Source: Octopus vulgaris
Lineage: Eukaryota
Assembly: GCA_951406725.2 (NCBI GenBank)
Contig: OX597819.1
Coordinates: forward strand, 34,162,001 to 34,226,000
Length of the DNA stretch: 64,000 nt
Direction of reading: 5' to 3'
Shown: positions 1 to 11,429 of the stretch, one piece after another
How the letters are laid out: every line of letters starts with the position of its first letter
Numbering within the stretch: the first letter of the stretch is position 1
Made by a program: the position numbers and the translations under genes
The notes under the pieces: generated by a model
What the model was told of the DNA's origin: nothing
The model's input: only the letters and a program-made list of their open reading frames with translations
Databases searched by the model: none

Positions 1-172
1 AACGGATTAAATCAATTACATCGACCCCAGTGCATAACTGGTACTTAATTTATCGACCCCAAAAGTATGAAAGGCAAAGTTGACCTTGGTGGAATTTGAA
101 CTCAGAACGTGACAGCAGACGAAATACTGCTAAGCATTTCGCCCAGCGTGCTAACGTTTCTGCCAGCTCGCC
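1..172 (-). mobile_element. tRNA-derived SINE with Nin-like central domain (family B), truncated by window edge
   Basis: Reverse complement of the family B consensus seen at 5802-6030 (ggcgagctggcagaaacgttagcac...gagttcaaattc...gcctttcat..tt.ggggtcgataaattaagtaccag). Confidence 0.85.
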
Positions 173-322
173 ACACGGTTTCTGTCTACAAGATCTACTC
201 ACAAAGCATTGGTTGAGCCAGGGGTATAGTAGAAGATGCTTGCCCAAGGTGCCACATAGTGGGACTGAACCCAAAACCGTGTGGCTGCAACGTAAGCTTC
301 CTAACCATACAGCCATGCCTGC
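173..322 (-). mobile_element. 5' half of tRNA-derived CORE-like SINE (family A)
   Basis: Reverse complement of the ggcatggctgtatggttag...ggttcagtcccac...caccttgggcaag head shared with the copy at 654. Confidence 0.8.
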
Positions 323-354
323 ACATATTTGTGTGTGTGTGTGCGCACACAGGC

Positions 355-386
<32 letters not shown>

Positions 387-593
387 TGGCCAAGAATCAG
401 AAGCTGACCAATATCCTATGAATATAATTTAGTGGCTGGAAACTGTGTAGAATCCTGTACATGTCAGTATGTGTACACATCTCTGCAAAAACTGTTGCCA
501 TCAATCCTGCATTCTGTAACTTAGCAATTCAACAAATAGTGATTGCTAAAATATTTAGCATATTAAAATAAGTACTTGAGCCACTATCATTAA

Positions 594-819
594 CCCTTTT
601 ACATTCAAATTATTCTGTAATTTTAATGCTTATTTATTCACATTGTTTTTAACAGGCGTTGGAGTGGCTGTGTGGTAAGTAGCTTACTTACCAACCACAT
701 GGTTCTGGGTTCAGTCCTACTGCATGGCACCTTGGACAAGTGTCTTCTTCTAAAGCCTCGGGCTGACCAAAGCCTTGTGAGTGGATTTGGTAGGCGGAAA
801 CTGAAACAAGCCAGTCATA

Positions 820-900
<81 letters not shown>

Positions 901-1289
901 ATATGTGTGTGTATATATGTTTGTGTATCTGTGTTTGTCCCCCCAACATCACATGATGATGCTGGTGTGTTTACATCCCTGTAACTTAGTGGTTTGGCAA
1001 AAGAAACCGATAGAATATGTACTAGGCTTACAAAGAATAAGTCCTGGGGCCGATTTGCTTGACTAAAGGCGGTGCTCCAGCATGGCCACAGTCAAATGAC
1101 TGAAACAAGTAAAAGAGTAAAAGAGTAATAGGTCATGCATTATCTCGTAGCTATGAGATTTTGATAGTGTGATTGCCTATTTTAAAAATAACCTTGTAGG
1201 GTAGATGCGAGAACTCAGATCTGGCCAGTTTGAACATAGGATATGCAGAATATTAGGGCTGGATATGGCTGGTTTAAATGCTGAAAGGG
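594..1289. mobile_element. piggyBac-type MITE interrupted by a family A SINE
   Basis: TTAA at 590-593 followed by CCCTTT; AAAGGG followed by TTAA at 1290-1293. A TTAA target duplication with CCC..GGG termini is the piggyBac signature. Confidence 0.7.
654..1128 (+). mobile_element. Full-length CORE-like SINE (family A) with internal TA/TG microsatellite
   Basis: A-box-like tggctgtgtgg, B-box-like ggttcagtcc, CORE-like ccttggacaagtgtctt, and tail catggccacagtcaaatgactgaaacaagtaaaagag. Many more copies occur in the window (e.g. 12320-12695, 14215-14615, 30646-31010, 40382-40810, 51965-52330, 54467-54863, 56425-56845). Confidence 0.9.
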
Positions 1290-1317
1290 TTAATTAAACC
1301 TGTGAAGGTAATGCTGT

Positions 1318-1984
1318 GAAGGCGCATTGCTCAGTGGTTGGAGTTTTGGGATTACAATCATGAGGTTGTGAGTTCAATTCCCAGACCAGCATGTGTGTTG
1401 TGTTCTTGAGCAAGACACTTTATTTCAGCTGTAGAAATGAGTTGCAGCATCACTGGTGCCAAGCTGTGTTGGTCTTTGCTTTTACCTTGGAAAAAAAACA
1501 TCAGTGGCATGGAGAGCGGAGACTGGAATGCATGGGCGACTGCTGGTCTCACTCAAACAAACTTGTCTGCTCAGGAGGGGTACTTTCTCAGTGCAATCCC
1601 ATGGTGATCACCGCCACCGTGGTGATCTCATTCTCGCTCATAACATCATAAGCAGAAAGTGTAACCTCTCGAAAGAGCTTTTCTTCACTCCTGCTCCAGA
1701 GCATCGGCTGCGGGGTCATTCCGAAAAGCTCTGTCTGTGACGATTTCATCTCAATCGAAGGAGAGGGGCTTTCTCCGTCCGGGTTGCGGATCCGTGGAAC
1801 AAGCTGCCAGACGAGATGGTGAAGATGCCGACGACCGCTTTGTCTCAAGTGGCCTGAACTCTTTACATGAACACCACCCTGTACATAACTCCATGTCCCC
1901 CTACATGGCCTTGCTTTTTGCTTTTTGAGCCAAAAAATTAACTAACTAACTAACTAACATGACTGACAGGAGTTTTTACTTTAC
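1318..1984 (+). mobile_element. tRNA-derived SINE (family F) whose tail is split by a LINE fragment
   Basis: Head gaaggcgcattgctcagtggttgg...gagttcaattcc...tgtgttcttgagcaagacact; the body matches the reverse copy at 33835-34135. Confidence 0.7.
1607..1958 (+). pseudogene. 5'-truncated CR1-like LINE: C-terminus of ORF2 plus 3' UTR and (TAAC)n tail
   Basis: Translates HRHRGDLILAHNIISRKCNLSKELFF...HRLRGHSEKLCL*RFHLNRRRGAFSVRVADPWNKLPDEMVKMPT, matching the CR1-group C-terminal motifs RRxRGDL / RGHxxKL / FSxRVxxxWNxLP. Ends in taactaactaac. Confidence 0.85.
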
Positions 1985-2339
1985 TGAAGGTAGTGCCCTA
2001 TCAGAGCTGCGGTCCAATAACAACTAAGACCATTGAAAAAAGAACATTAAAAAAACTCTGAGTTACTATGGATTAAGCACTAGATTCTGCAAAGCGGGTG
2101 GAACTTCCCACCTGCGGTGGGATGGAAAGATACAGGGGCTTGTTGAAGAAAAGTGGGGAGATAAAGGGGTGGCCAAAAGGGGCCACTGGATGGGAAAACA
2201 ACAAAATAATGGGTTAATTCGGTTAAATTATATTTATGAAATACAGTTGCCTTGAAATTGCGACAGAAAGTGGCCTAAATGTTGGGGCGGGGAAACAGCA
2301 GCCTTGAAAAGTTTGGGAACCACTTGAGTACACCATAAG

Positions 2340-2499
2340 AGAGATGTGTGTGTGGGGGTGAGTCTGTGTGTAAGTCTGTGTTAGTTTGAGTGTGTGTGTG
2401 GGGGGGTGCATGTGCATGAGTCTGTTTATGTGTGTGTGTGTGTCTGTGTGTGTGTGTGTAAGAGAGAGTCTGTGTGTGTGGTGTATGTATGTGAGTCTA

Positions 2500-2530
<31 letters not shown>

Positions 2531-2583
2531 GTCTGTGTGTGTGAGAGAGAGAGGGAGAGAGTCTGTGTGTGAGTGTAAACATT

Positions 2584-2645
<62 letters not shown>

Positions 2646-3118
2646 TGTGTGTGTGTGAGTATCTAATGAACCCCAGAAAGAAGATTAGGTTTCAACAAGA
2701 GTCAGCAATGTCACTTCATCCATTTTTGTTTTCTTTATAATATTAATGTTACCGGGTGAAGCATGACTATCACAACCTCCCATTACTCCTCTCCAACCAC
2801 CCACCTCCCGAGATATATAAGACAGTTGTAACCCAATCAAAAGAAACAAATATATGTTTATCCGAGATAAACACGTAAACATATCTAAAGACATACGTAT
2901 TTGAACATTTATAAGAAAATATGTACAGAGTGTGTGTGTGTGAGTGTCAGTGTGTGTGTGTGTATGTGTGTGTGTGTGTGTATGTGTGTGTGTGAGTGTG
3001 TGTGTGTGCATATAAGTGTGTGTGTATGTGTGTGCGTGTAAAGTGTGTGTGTGTGAGTGTGTGCATATGAGTGTGTGTGTATGTGTGTGCGTGTGAGAGT
3101 GTGTGTGTGTATGTGTGT

Positions 3119-3149
<31 letters not shown>

Positions 3150-3194
3150 AGTGTGTGTCTGTGTGTGTGTGTGAGTGTGTGCATATGAGTGTGT

Positions 3195-3251
<57 letters not shown>

Positions 3252-3480
3252 TGTGTGTGTGAGTGTGTGTGTGTGCATATGAGTGTGTGTGTATGTGTGT
3301 GTGAGTGTGTGTGTGTGTGTGCGTGTGAGTGTGAGTGTGTGTGTGTGCATATGAGTGTGTGTGTATGTGTGTGTGTATGTGTATGTGTGTGTGTGCGTAT
3401 GAGTGTGTGAGTGTGTGTGTGTGCGTATGAGTGTGTGTATGTGTGTGCGTGTGAGTGTGTATGTGTGTGTGTGTGTATGC
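2340..3480. repeat. Compound (TG)n/(GA)n microsatellite blocks
   Basis: Dinucleotide arrays visible at 2340-2660 and 2928-3480; they produce the HT/VC-rich ORFs. Confidence 0.95.
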
Positions 3481-3785
3481 GTTTGTAGATCAAAGAAACT
3501 ATAAAAATAATTGTATCTACCCATGCATCTGTCCATTTTTTAAAAAAGAAATCTTCTTAATGCTCTATTTGTGTAGTAAGAAATGCGGCAAAGCTCATAT
3601 CAGCTGGAGGATAAAGAATACAACTGATAAATGAAAGAAAAAAAGAAACAGTTGATCAGGTCTAAAAATGTAATTTTTATTTTTTATCAATTATTGTAAA
3701 TGTTAAATGTTGTAGAAGAAACTATGTGTTTATATTGTTAGCATATTGTTAGCTCATAACTATAGTTATATGATTGACTTTAGAT

Positions 3786-4100
3786 TTGTTGTTTGTTTGT
3801 TTCTTTGTTCCTTCTTGAGCCATGCCTGGCTCATAAGGGCCGGTTTCCTGGTTTCCTTGGCGTAGAGGTTCCCCACCTGGACAGGACGCCGGTCCATTAC
3901 AGGTGAGCTGCAAGATGCAGGAGGAAAGAGTGAGAGAAAGTTGTGGCAAAAGAGTCAGCAGAAGTTCGCCATTACCTTCTGCCGGAGCCGCATGGAGCTT
4001 AGGTTGTTTCACTCACAAACACACACATCGTCTGAGATTTGAACCCGCAATCCATCGACTGCAAGTCTGCTGCTCTAACCACTAGGCCATGTGCCTCCAC
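3786..4100 (-). mobile_element. tRNA-derived SINE (family D), full length with TSD
   Basis: Minus-strand head ggaggcacatggcctagtggttagagcagc...gggttcaaatc, (CAAA)n tail, flanked by ctttagattt direct repeats. Further copies at 56010-56300 and 63157-63325. Confidence 0.85.
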
Positions 4101-4324
4101 GGCTTTAGATTTACATGAACCCTATTGCGTAGCTCTAGAGTAGAAGTTCTCAAATGAAGTCCATATAAGATTTTTTTGTGGGGGGTCCTTGATACAAAAC
4201 AGTAAATTGGGGATCCCCAATAGTATTGCAAGAAACAGCTAGGTTTCCACCACCAACACCACCACCACCACCACCACCATCATCATCATCAGCATCACCA
4301 CCACCACCATCACCATCATCACCA

Positions 4325-5530
4325 TCATCACCATCATCCGTTTTCCATGCTGGCATGGGTTTGATTGGGGACTGACAAGCCAGGAGGCCGCACCAGGCTC
4401 CAATCTGATCTGGTAATGTTTCTACAGCTGGATGCCCTTACTAACACCAACCACTCCAAGAGTGTAGTGGGTGCTTTTATTACGTGCCACCGGCACAGGA
4501 ACCAGGTAGCACTGGCATCAGCCACATTTGGATGGTGCTTTTTACGTGCCACCAGCACAGGAGCCAGTTGGGGCGGTGGGAGGTGGGGCTAGCATTGACC
4601 ATGTTTGAATGGTACTTTTTACATGCCACTGGCACAGGGAGCCAGTCAGGCAGCTCTGGCAGCGACCCAAGTATGAATGGTGCTTATTGCATGCCGTCAC
4701 CACTGGTAATAGCCACACTACAATTTCAATTTGATTGTGATTTGATTTGATTTTGATTTGATTTGATTTTGATTTACTTGACTCAATAGGTCTCCTCAAG
4801 CACGGAATGTTGCCTGGAGATTCAAAGGTATTTTTTAAATGGGCTGGTTATGTGACACTGGTGTAGGCTATGGCTGTGATCTCACTTACCTTACCAAGTC
4901 TTCTCAATCACAGTATATCTCCAGAGGTCTCGGTCTTTCATCATTGCCTCTGTGAGGCCCAACGTTCAAAGGTCATGCTACACCACCTCATCCCATGTCT
5001 TCCTGGGCCTCCCTCTACCATGGGTTACTTCTACTGTTAGGGGGTGACACTTCTTCACACAGCTCTCCTCATTCATACATAGCACATGACCATACCAGTG
5101 TAGGTATCTCTCTTGCACACCACATCTGATGCTTCTTATGTCCAACATTTCTCTCAGAGTGCTTACTTTCTGTTGTGTGTGCACACTGACATTACACATC
5201 CAGCGGACCATACAAGCTTCATTTCTTTCAAGCTTACACATGTCTTCAGCAGTCATGGCCCATGTTTCACTGCCATGTAGCATGGCAGTTTGCACATATG
5301 CATCGTACAATCTACCTTTCACTCTGAGCAAGAGGCCCTTTGTCACCAGTAGATGTAGGAGCTTTCTGAACTTTGCCCAGGCTATTCTTATTCTAGGGGC
5401 AACACTCTCTGAGCATCCAGCCCCACTACAGACTTGGTCACCTAGGTAGCAGAAGCTATCAACTACTTCTAGTTTCTCCCTCTGGCATGTGATGGAATCA
5501 GTTTTCTGAGCATCTGCAGTGTTTATTGCC
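4325..5530 (-). pseudogene. 5'-truncated RTE-clade LINE (RT C-terminal region, repetitive 3' UTR, (GAT)n tail)
   Basis: ORF 4978-5346 LRVKGRLYDA...MLHGSETWA...LHWYGHVLCM...RGRPRKTWDEVV, continuing through stops to DRDLWRY. These are typical RTE motifs (YGSETW, WYGHV, RGRP..W, DR..WR). Confidence 0.9.
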
Positions 5531-5801
5531 CGGTCTTTCTTTCTCTAACATTTTACATAGTTCAACCTACACAAGTCAACATATGGAAAACAATACAGGA
5601 ATTTTGAAAGAAGTTTCTATAAAACTAGTTTTTAAACACTGAATGACTGTGGGGTCCCAGCAGAATAAAGTAGTAATCAAAGGGATTCATGGATAAAAAT
5701 TGGTTGAGAACACCTTGTCTATATTGCTCCTGAGGGTCCATATATCATTTTTGGGGACCACGCAACAAAATAGTAAATTGGGAACCACAATGCTATATTA
5801 A

Positions 5802-6030
5802 GGCAGCGAGCTGGCAGAAACGTTAGCACGCCGGGCGAAATGCGTGGCCGTATTTCGTCTGCCGTTACGTTCTGAGTTCAAATTCCGCCGAGGTCGACTT
5901 TACCTTTCATCCTTTCGGGGTCGATAAATTAAGTACCAGTTGCGCACTGGGGTCGATGTAATCGACTTAATCCGTTTGTCTGTCCTTGTTTGTCCTATCT
6001 GTGTTTAGCCCCTTGTGGGTAGTAAAGAAA
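5802..6030 (+). mobile_element. Full-length Nin-like SINE (family B) with TSD
   Basis: CpG-rich, little-decayed copy; TSD tatattaagg at 5794-5803 and 6033-6042. Near-identical copies at 18350-18562, 41408-41640 and 42622-42853. Confidence 0.9.
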
Positions 6031-6780
6031 TATATATTAAGGGCCTCTGAACAAAATTTTGTTTTAGATGTATGTATTTTTATGTACTGCAAAAGAACAG
6101 TTAAGTTTCTTTCTCTGACATTTTACATAGTTCAAGTTAATATGTGAAAAACAAGATAGGAATTTTATAAAAAGTGTCTACAAAACTGGTTTTTAAACAT
6201 TGAATGGCTATGGGAGCCCACCAGAATAAAATAGTAGTCAATAGATAAAAACATTTGAGAACCCCAGCTCTAGAGGTCTGTGGAAACAAGTGACAAACCA
6301 CTAAATATAAATATGTTACGACTTATGCAAGTTATTAGCAAATTGTTAGCTCAAACCAACAAGGGAGTGGACCGCAGTAATGTTACACATATACATAGTA
6401 TCTGTGGTCATGGCTTTTAAGAGATATTTTCTGGATAATTTCATTACCACCCTTTCAATAAATATAGGTGCAGGCATGGCTGTGTGGTTAAGAAGATTGC
6501 TTTTGAACTATGTGGTCTTGGGTTGGGTACAGTCTTACTGTGTGGCACCTTGGGTAAGTGTTTTCCACTACAGCTTCCTGGGCCAATCAAAGCCTTGTGA
6601 ATGGATTTGGTATATGGAAACTGAAAGAAGCCTGTCATATCCTCATTACCATCACCAACATTTAACATCTATTTTCCATGGTTTGGACAGCTTGGCATGA
6701 ACTGGCAAGGCAAGGGTCCGCATCAGGATGCATAGTCTGTTTTAGCTTGGTTTCTATGGCTGGATGCCCATCCTAATGCA

Positions 6781-6890
6781 TATGGATGAGGATAGCTGCA
6801 TAAAGAAGTACCTAGCTCTAACTGTGGAGGTGCTTGTGAAAGGAGTAGACCCAGGAAGACACGGGATAAAGTGGTGAGAAAGGATCTACA
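6781..6890 (+). pseudogene. Short RTE LINE fragment
   Basis: atggatgaggatagctgcataaagaag...agacccaggaagacacgggataaagtggtgag is homologous to the MNEESCVKK...RPRKTWDEVV segment of the RTE at 4978-5346. Confidence 0.7.
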
Positions 6891-7314
6891 GATGATTCAG
6901 TGAGATAGAGATTAGAAAGCCAGACATAGTCTTAATTGAGAAAGAAAGCAAACAATACTGGATCATAGATATAGCATGCTCAGCTGACAACAAGATATGC
7001 GATAAGGAAGAAAGAAAAGTCAATAGATATGACAGGTTTGCTCGGGAGTTAAGCAGTTGTGGTCTCTGAAATAGGTGATAGCAGTACCAATAATTGTTGG
7101 AGCCCTGGGAACAGTGAATAAAAGTCTTGAGAAGTACATGAAACAAATAGGAGTTGCAATAAGGATGAAGCACTTGCAGAAAACAGTACTATTTGGTACC
7201 ACTTGAATACTCTGGATGGTGCTCAAAAAATAAGGAGAGTCACCTTTGTTCACTGGTAGTGAACAGCTGGCACCGTAGTATATCTCCAGTGATAGAAGCT
7301 GTGCAAAGTCAATA

Positions 7315-7380
<66 letters not shown>
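6891..7380 (+). pseudogene. R4/Dong-like non-LTR retrotransposon 3' fragment (restriction-like endonuclease domain) ending in (TAA)n
   Basis: Translates RKPDIVLIEKESKQYWIIDIAC...KEERKVNRY...(frameshift)KQLW...VPIIVGALGTV...LQKTVLFGT, i.e. PD..D endonuclease, K..Y and GALG motifs. Followed by a TAA array. Confidence 0.85.
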
Positions 7381-7974
7381 CCTTTCTACTAAAGGCACCA
7401 GGCCTGAAACTTGGGGGAAGGGATAGTCGTATACTTTGACGTCAGTGCATAACTGGTACTTATTTCATCGACCCCTGAAAGGATGAAAGGCAAAATCAAC
7501 CTCAGCAGAATTTGAACTCAGAAAATGCCACAAAGTATTTCATCCAGCATGCTAATTATTCTGCCAGCTTGCCATTCTAGAATACTTAGCAACTAAGTAT
7601 CAAGTCTTATAATATGTGGAAAGAGACCCAGTGAGATCTCTGACGGCAAAATGCTGTCCACTCACAACAAAATTAACCAGAGCAAGTAAGATCAAGAGTT
7701 CTGTAAAATAGTAATAATAAAAATAATAACAATCCTTTCTACTACTCTAGGCACACAGTTGGAAATTTGCAGAGATGGGGGTAAGTCGATCACATCGACC
7801 CCAGTTTTCAACTGGTGCTTATTTTCATCGACCCCCAAAAGGATGAAAGGCAAAGCTGTCCTCGACGGAATTTTAACTCAGAACATGAAGACAGACGAAA
7901 TGCTGCTAAACATTTTGCCTGGCAGGCTAACAATTCTGCCAGCTCACCTCTTTAATAACAATAACAAATAAGCA

Positions 7975-8000
7975 GCAGCAGCAGCAGCAGTAGCAGAAGC

Positions 8001-8072
<72 letters not shown>

Positions 8073-8092
8073 GGTGGTGGTGGTGGTGGTGG
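7975..8092. repeat. Compound (GCA)n(GTA)n(GTG)n trinucleotide microsatellite
   Basis: Directly visible. Confidence 0.95.
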
Positions 8093-10350
8093 ACAACTAG
8101 TAAGCAAGAAATAAGAATGGTTAAACCAAATCCTTGCACAGTACCACCAGCAGTGGAGATGTGGGACCGAAACAGTTAATAAGACACAGTGAGGAGGAGA
8201 TGGATGAGGAGGAGGAAGAGTGCAGTGTATGGTGTATACATACCAAATGATCTTAATGACCGTATAGTGATCAACATAAAAGACACAGTAGAATGCAATA
8301 TGGAACTAAAATAAGGAATGAACCAAAATCAGGAAATGTATGTACCATAGATTTTAAGGTCAAATAGACATATTAGTGTCGATTCCATACTACATAAAGT
8401 ATTTTGGAAGGTTTTTTTTTTGTTGACTTTCATTGTTTAAATTCTTTATCTCTGTTTTTGTTTTTGGTTTTTTTTTTCCCCTTTCTTTTCTAAGCATTCT
8501 AATCAGTCACGAGTTGTGTGCTTTTGTTACCGAGTTCTTTGTGAATATCAGGAAGGTGAAGCAAGTGTACAACATGCAATAAAGAACTGGTACTACCAAT
8601 GATGATGATGATGATGATGATGATGATGTAGTTGATGTTTGTTTTCATTTTGGGCAACTCCAAATGCCATGTGGCTGGGCTTCAACATATTGGCCCGCTT
8701 CATTTATACAAAAGAATTTCAAGAAAAAAAATACATCTAGACACACATACAGATATACATGTACATACACACATACATATAAAAAAAACAAATGCAATAA
8801 ATGCCCCCAAGTATATATATATATATATATGCTTATTTCTATTTATGTGTGTGTGAATGTGTAATATATATATATATATGTGTGTGTGTATCTATATATT
8901 ACACACACACACATAAATAAAAATAAGCACACACATGTACATATATACGTATATATAATATATATATTTTACACAGAACCATATAGATTTCTTATTTTGG
9001 GACAAAGATACTTAATGCTGTAGAGAGAGACATTGTGTATTAAATTCAGATTTTCTCAAGAACATTATTGGGGTGAAATGACCGAAGTGATTTCAACAAA
9101 GAATAAAGACTCAGAGATACAACTGAGTACAAAGATTGAATCACAGATTCAACTAAGAATAAAGATTGACTCACACACAGACTCAGCTAAAAATAAAGTC
9201 TGCCAAACTTATTTCAGCCAGAGATTATGTTCCTGCTCCGTAACACTTAACACCATATAGAGATCAGAACAGACATCACATACTCTAATGCTAGATATGT
9301 GTGTGTGTGTGTGTGTGCATGCACATGTGTATACTTGAGTGTTTGTGGCTGTGAATGTGCCTGAGAGTGTTTGGTCTATGTAAGTGCACAGTATGTGTGT
9401 GAGAGAGTGTGTATGTGTGTGTGTATGTATGTATATATGTTACATTCAGAGACTGGGAAAAAGAAAAGAACAAAGAGGAAGATGATAATAGAGAGAGAAA
9501 CAGACTGTGAGAGAGTGTGGGAGACATCTGGAGTTACAAAGAGTGACAGATAATATAAAGAGCAGATGACATATTGTATCACATGATCAAATAGAAAGAA
9601 CAGACAATGTGTCACATGACCAATAGAACAGAGAAGAAAACAATTTTATTTTGCTCTTATTTAAATTTTTGTTTCATTTTATATCGTATTTGTTACTCAT
9701 ATTTTTTATGTAATATATTGATATTATATTTTGATGTTGTTGACATTTATACATCAGTGTTTCTATGTGATATCATATTGATATCATATTTTAATTTTGT
9801 TTATACATTAAATAGTGTTTTTTTTTCTTCTTTCAAGAGAAAGAAGTGTATCATCATCACTATCATCAGCATTATCATCCCCACCAGCACCAATACCACT
9901 GTCACCACCAGACCAGCAATCCTATGAGGAGTATGCAGTTGATTACATTGACCCCCCCCCCCCACAACTTGACTGGTACTTTATTTTATCAAGCATGAAA
10001 GGATGAAAGACAAAGTCAACATCAGCAGAATTTGAACCTGGAACAGAAAGAGCTGGACGAAATGCTGCTAATACTCTAAGATCATCACCTAGATAATAAT
10101 GATTTCAAATTTTGGAACAAGGCCAGTCATTTGGGTGGAGGGACTAAGTCGATTAAATCAACCCCAGTTTTCAACAGGTACTCATTTTGTAGACACCCTG
10201 GGAAGAGGAACAGTAAAGTCAACCTCAGCAGAATTTGAACCAGAATGTGAAGGCAAACAAAATTCCACTAAGCATTTTGCCTGGCATGCTAACAATTCTG
10301 CCAGCTTGCAGAATTGCACCTAAATGATGATGATGATGATGATGATGATG

Positions 10351-10440
<90 letters not shown>

Positions 10441-10442
<2 letters not shown>

Positions 10443-10996
10443 GCCCTGATGCAGTACCAGGCAGTGGCTCTCATGGCTTCTGATCTTAACTGATTGGAAG
10501 TGTTATCATGTACATTGTTTTGTCTTGGTATAAAAGATGGGCTACAGCAAATATTCTGCTCAATACCACAGATTTGCTTGTCAGTTGTTTGACCTTAACC
10601 AGTTGAGCATGTCTCTTAGTGGCTGACGATATGTGCATCTCTGATCACGAGCAGAAGTAGTGGGGGAGCATCATAGCCATGTGTTGAGAGGGATTCTTTG
10701 GGGTTTGAATAGTTCACCTCTGGAAACATGGGTGGTTCTTTCAACATCCTTAAGCAACCCTTATTCAGGGACCGTTTGAGCGGGATGGGCTACTCAACCT
10801 GAAGAAAATTCTAACTGGGCCCCACCTGCAAGGTCATGTGCTGTTTATCTTGATATGAGATCACCATGTCGCGCACATATGGTTGTGATGCATGTGCCTG
10901 GTGTACCTTTATCAGACGGGTAGTCATGATGGGTATATTGGGCTTCGTATATTTTACCCCAGTGTCACTTTGATGGCATGAACTGCTCTCTCACTC
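10441..10996 (+). mobile_element. ~555-bp non-coding interspersed element embedded in (TAA)n
   Basis: TAA arrays on both sides; reverse-complement copies at 59775-60090 and 60470-61003. Confidence 0.85.
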
Positions 10997-11039
10997 AATA
11001 ATAATAATAATAATAATAATAATCATCATCATCATCATC

Positions 11040-11350
11040 ATCATCATTTAGCGTCCGTTTTCCATGCTAGCATGGGTTGGGCGGTTCAACTGGGGTCTGT
11101 GAAGCCGGAAGGCTGCATCAGGCCCAGTCAGATCTGGCAGTGTTTCTACGGCTGGATGCCCTTCCTAACGCCAACCACTCCGTGAGTGTAGTGGGTGCTT
11201 TTTACGTGCCACCCGCACAGGTGACAGACGGAGCTGGCAAACGGCCATGAACGGATGGTGCTTTTATGTGCCACCGGCACAGGGGCCAGGCGAGGCTGGC
11301 AACGGACACGAACAGATGGTGCTTTAAGGTGCCACCGGCACGGGGGCCAA
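11040..11350 (-). mobile_element. RTE-LINE 3' UTR-like repeat (family C) with (GAT)n tail
   Basis: Same sequence as 4325-4700, which is contiguous with the RTE ORF. Other copies at 19090-19370, 22058-22370, 28990-29390, 35400-35722, 49760-50155 (opposite strand), 52503-52960 and 61522-61793. Confidence 0.85.
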
Positions 11351-11374
11351 ATGATAATAATAATAATAATAATG

Positions 11375-11429
<55 letters not shown>

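Larger units (their letters stand above)
4141..6267. mobile_element. Tandem pair of hAT (Charlie-like) MITEs carrying nested LINE and SINE insertions
   Basis: CTCTAGAG at 4133-4140 and 6268-6275; degenerate TIR ..gttctcaa / ttgagaacccc. Internal blocks are repeated (5535-5715 vs 6105-6265; 4160-4225 vs 5735-5790). Confidence 0.6.

Noticed and set aside
2685-3536. 283-aa His/Thr-rich ORF and similar HT, VC, YLSI, poly-I and poly-N ORFs across the window
   Set aside because: Translations of (CA)n, (GATA)n and (TAA)n microsatellites.
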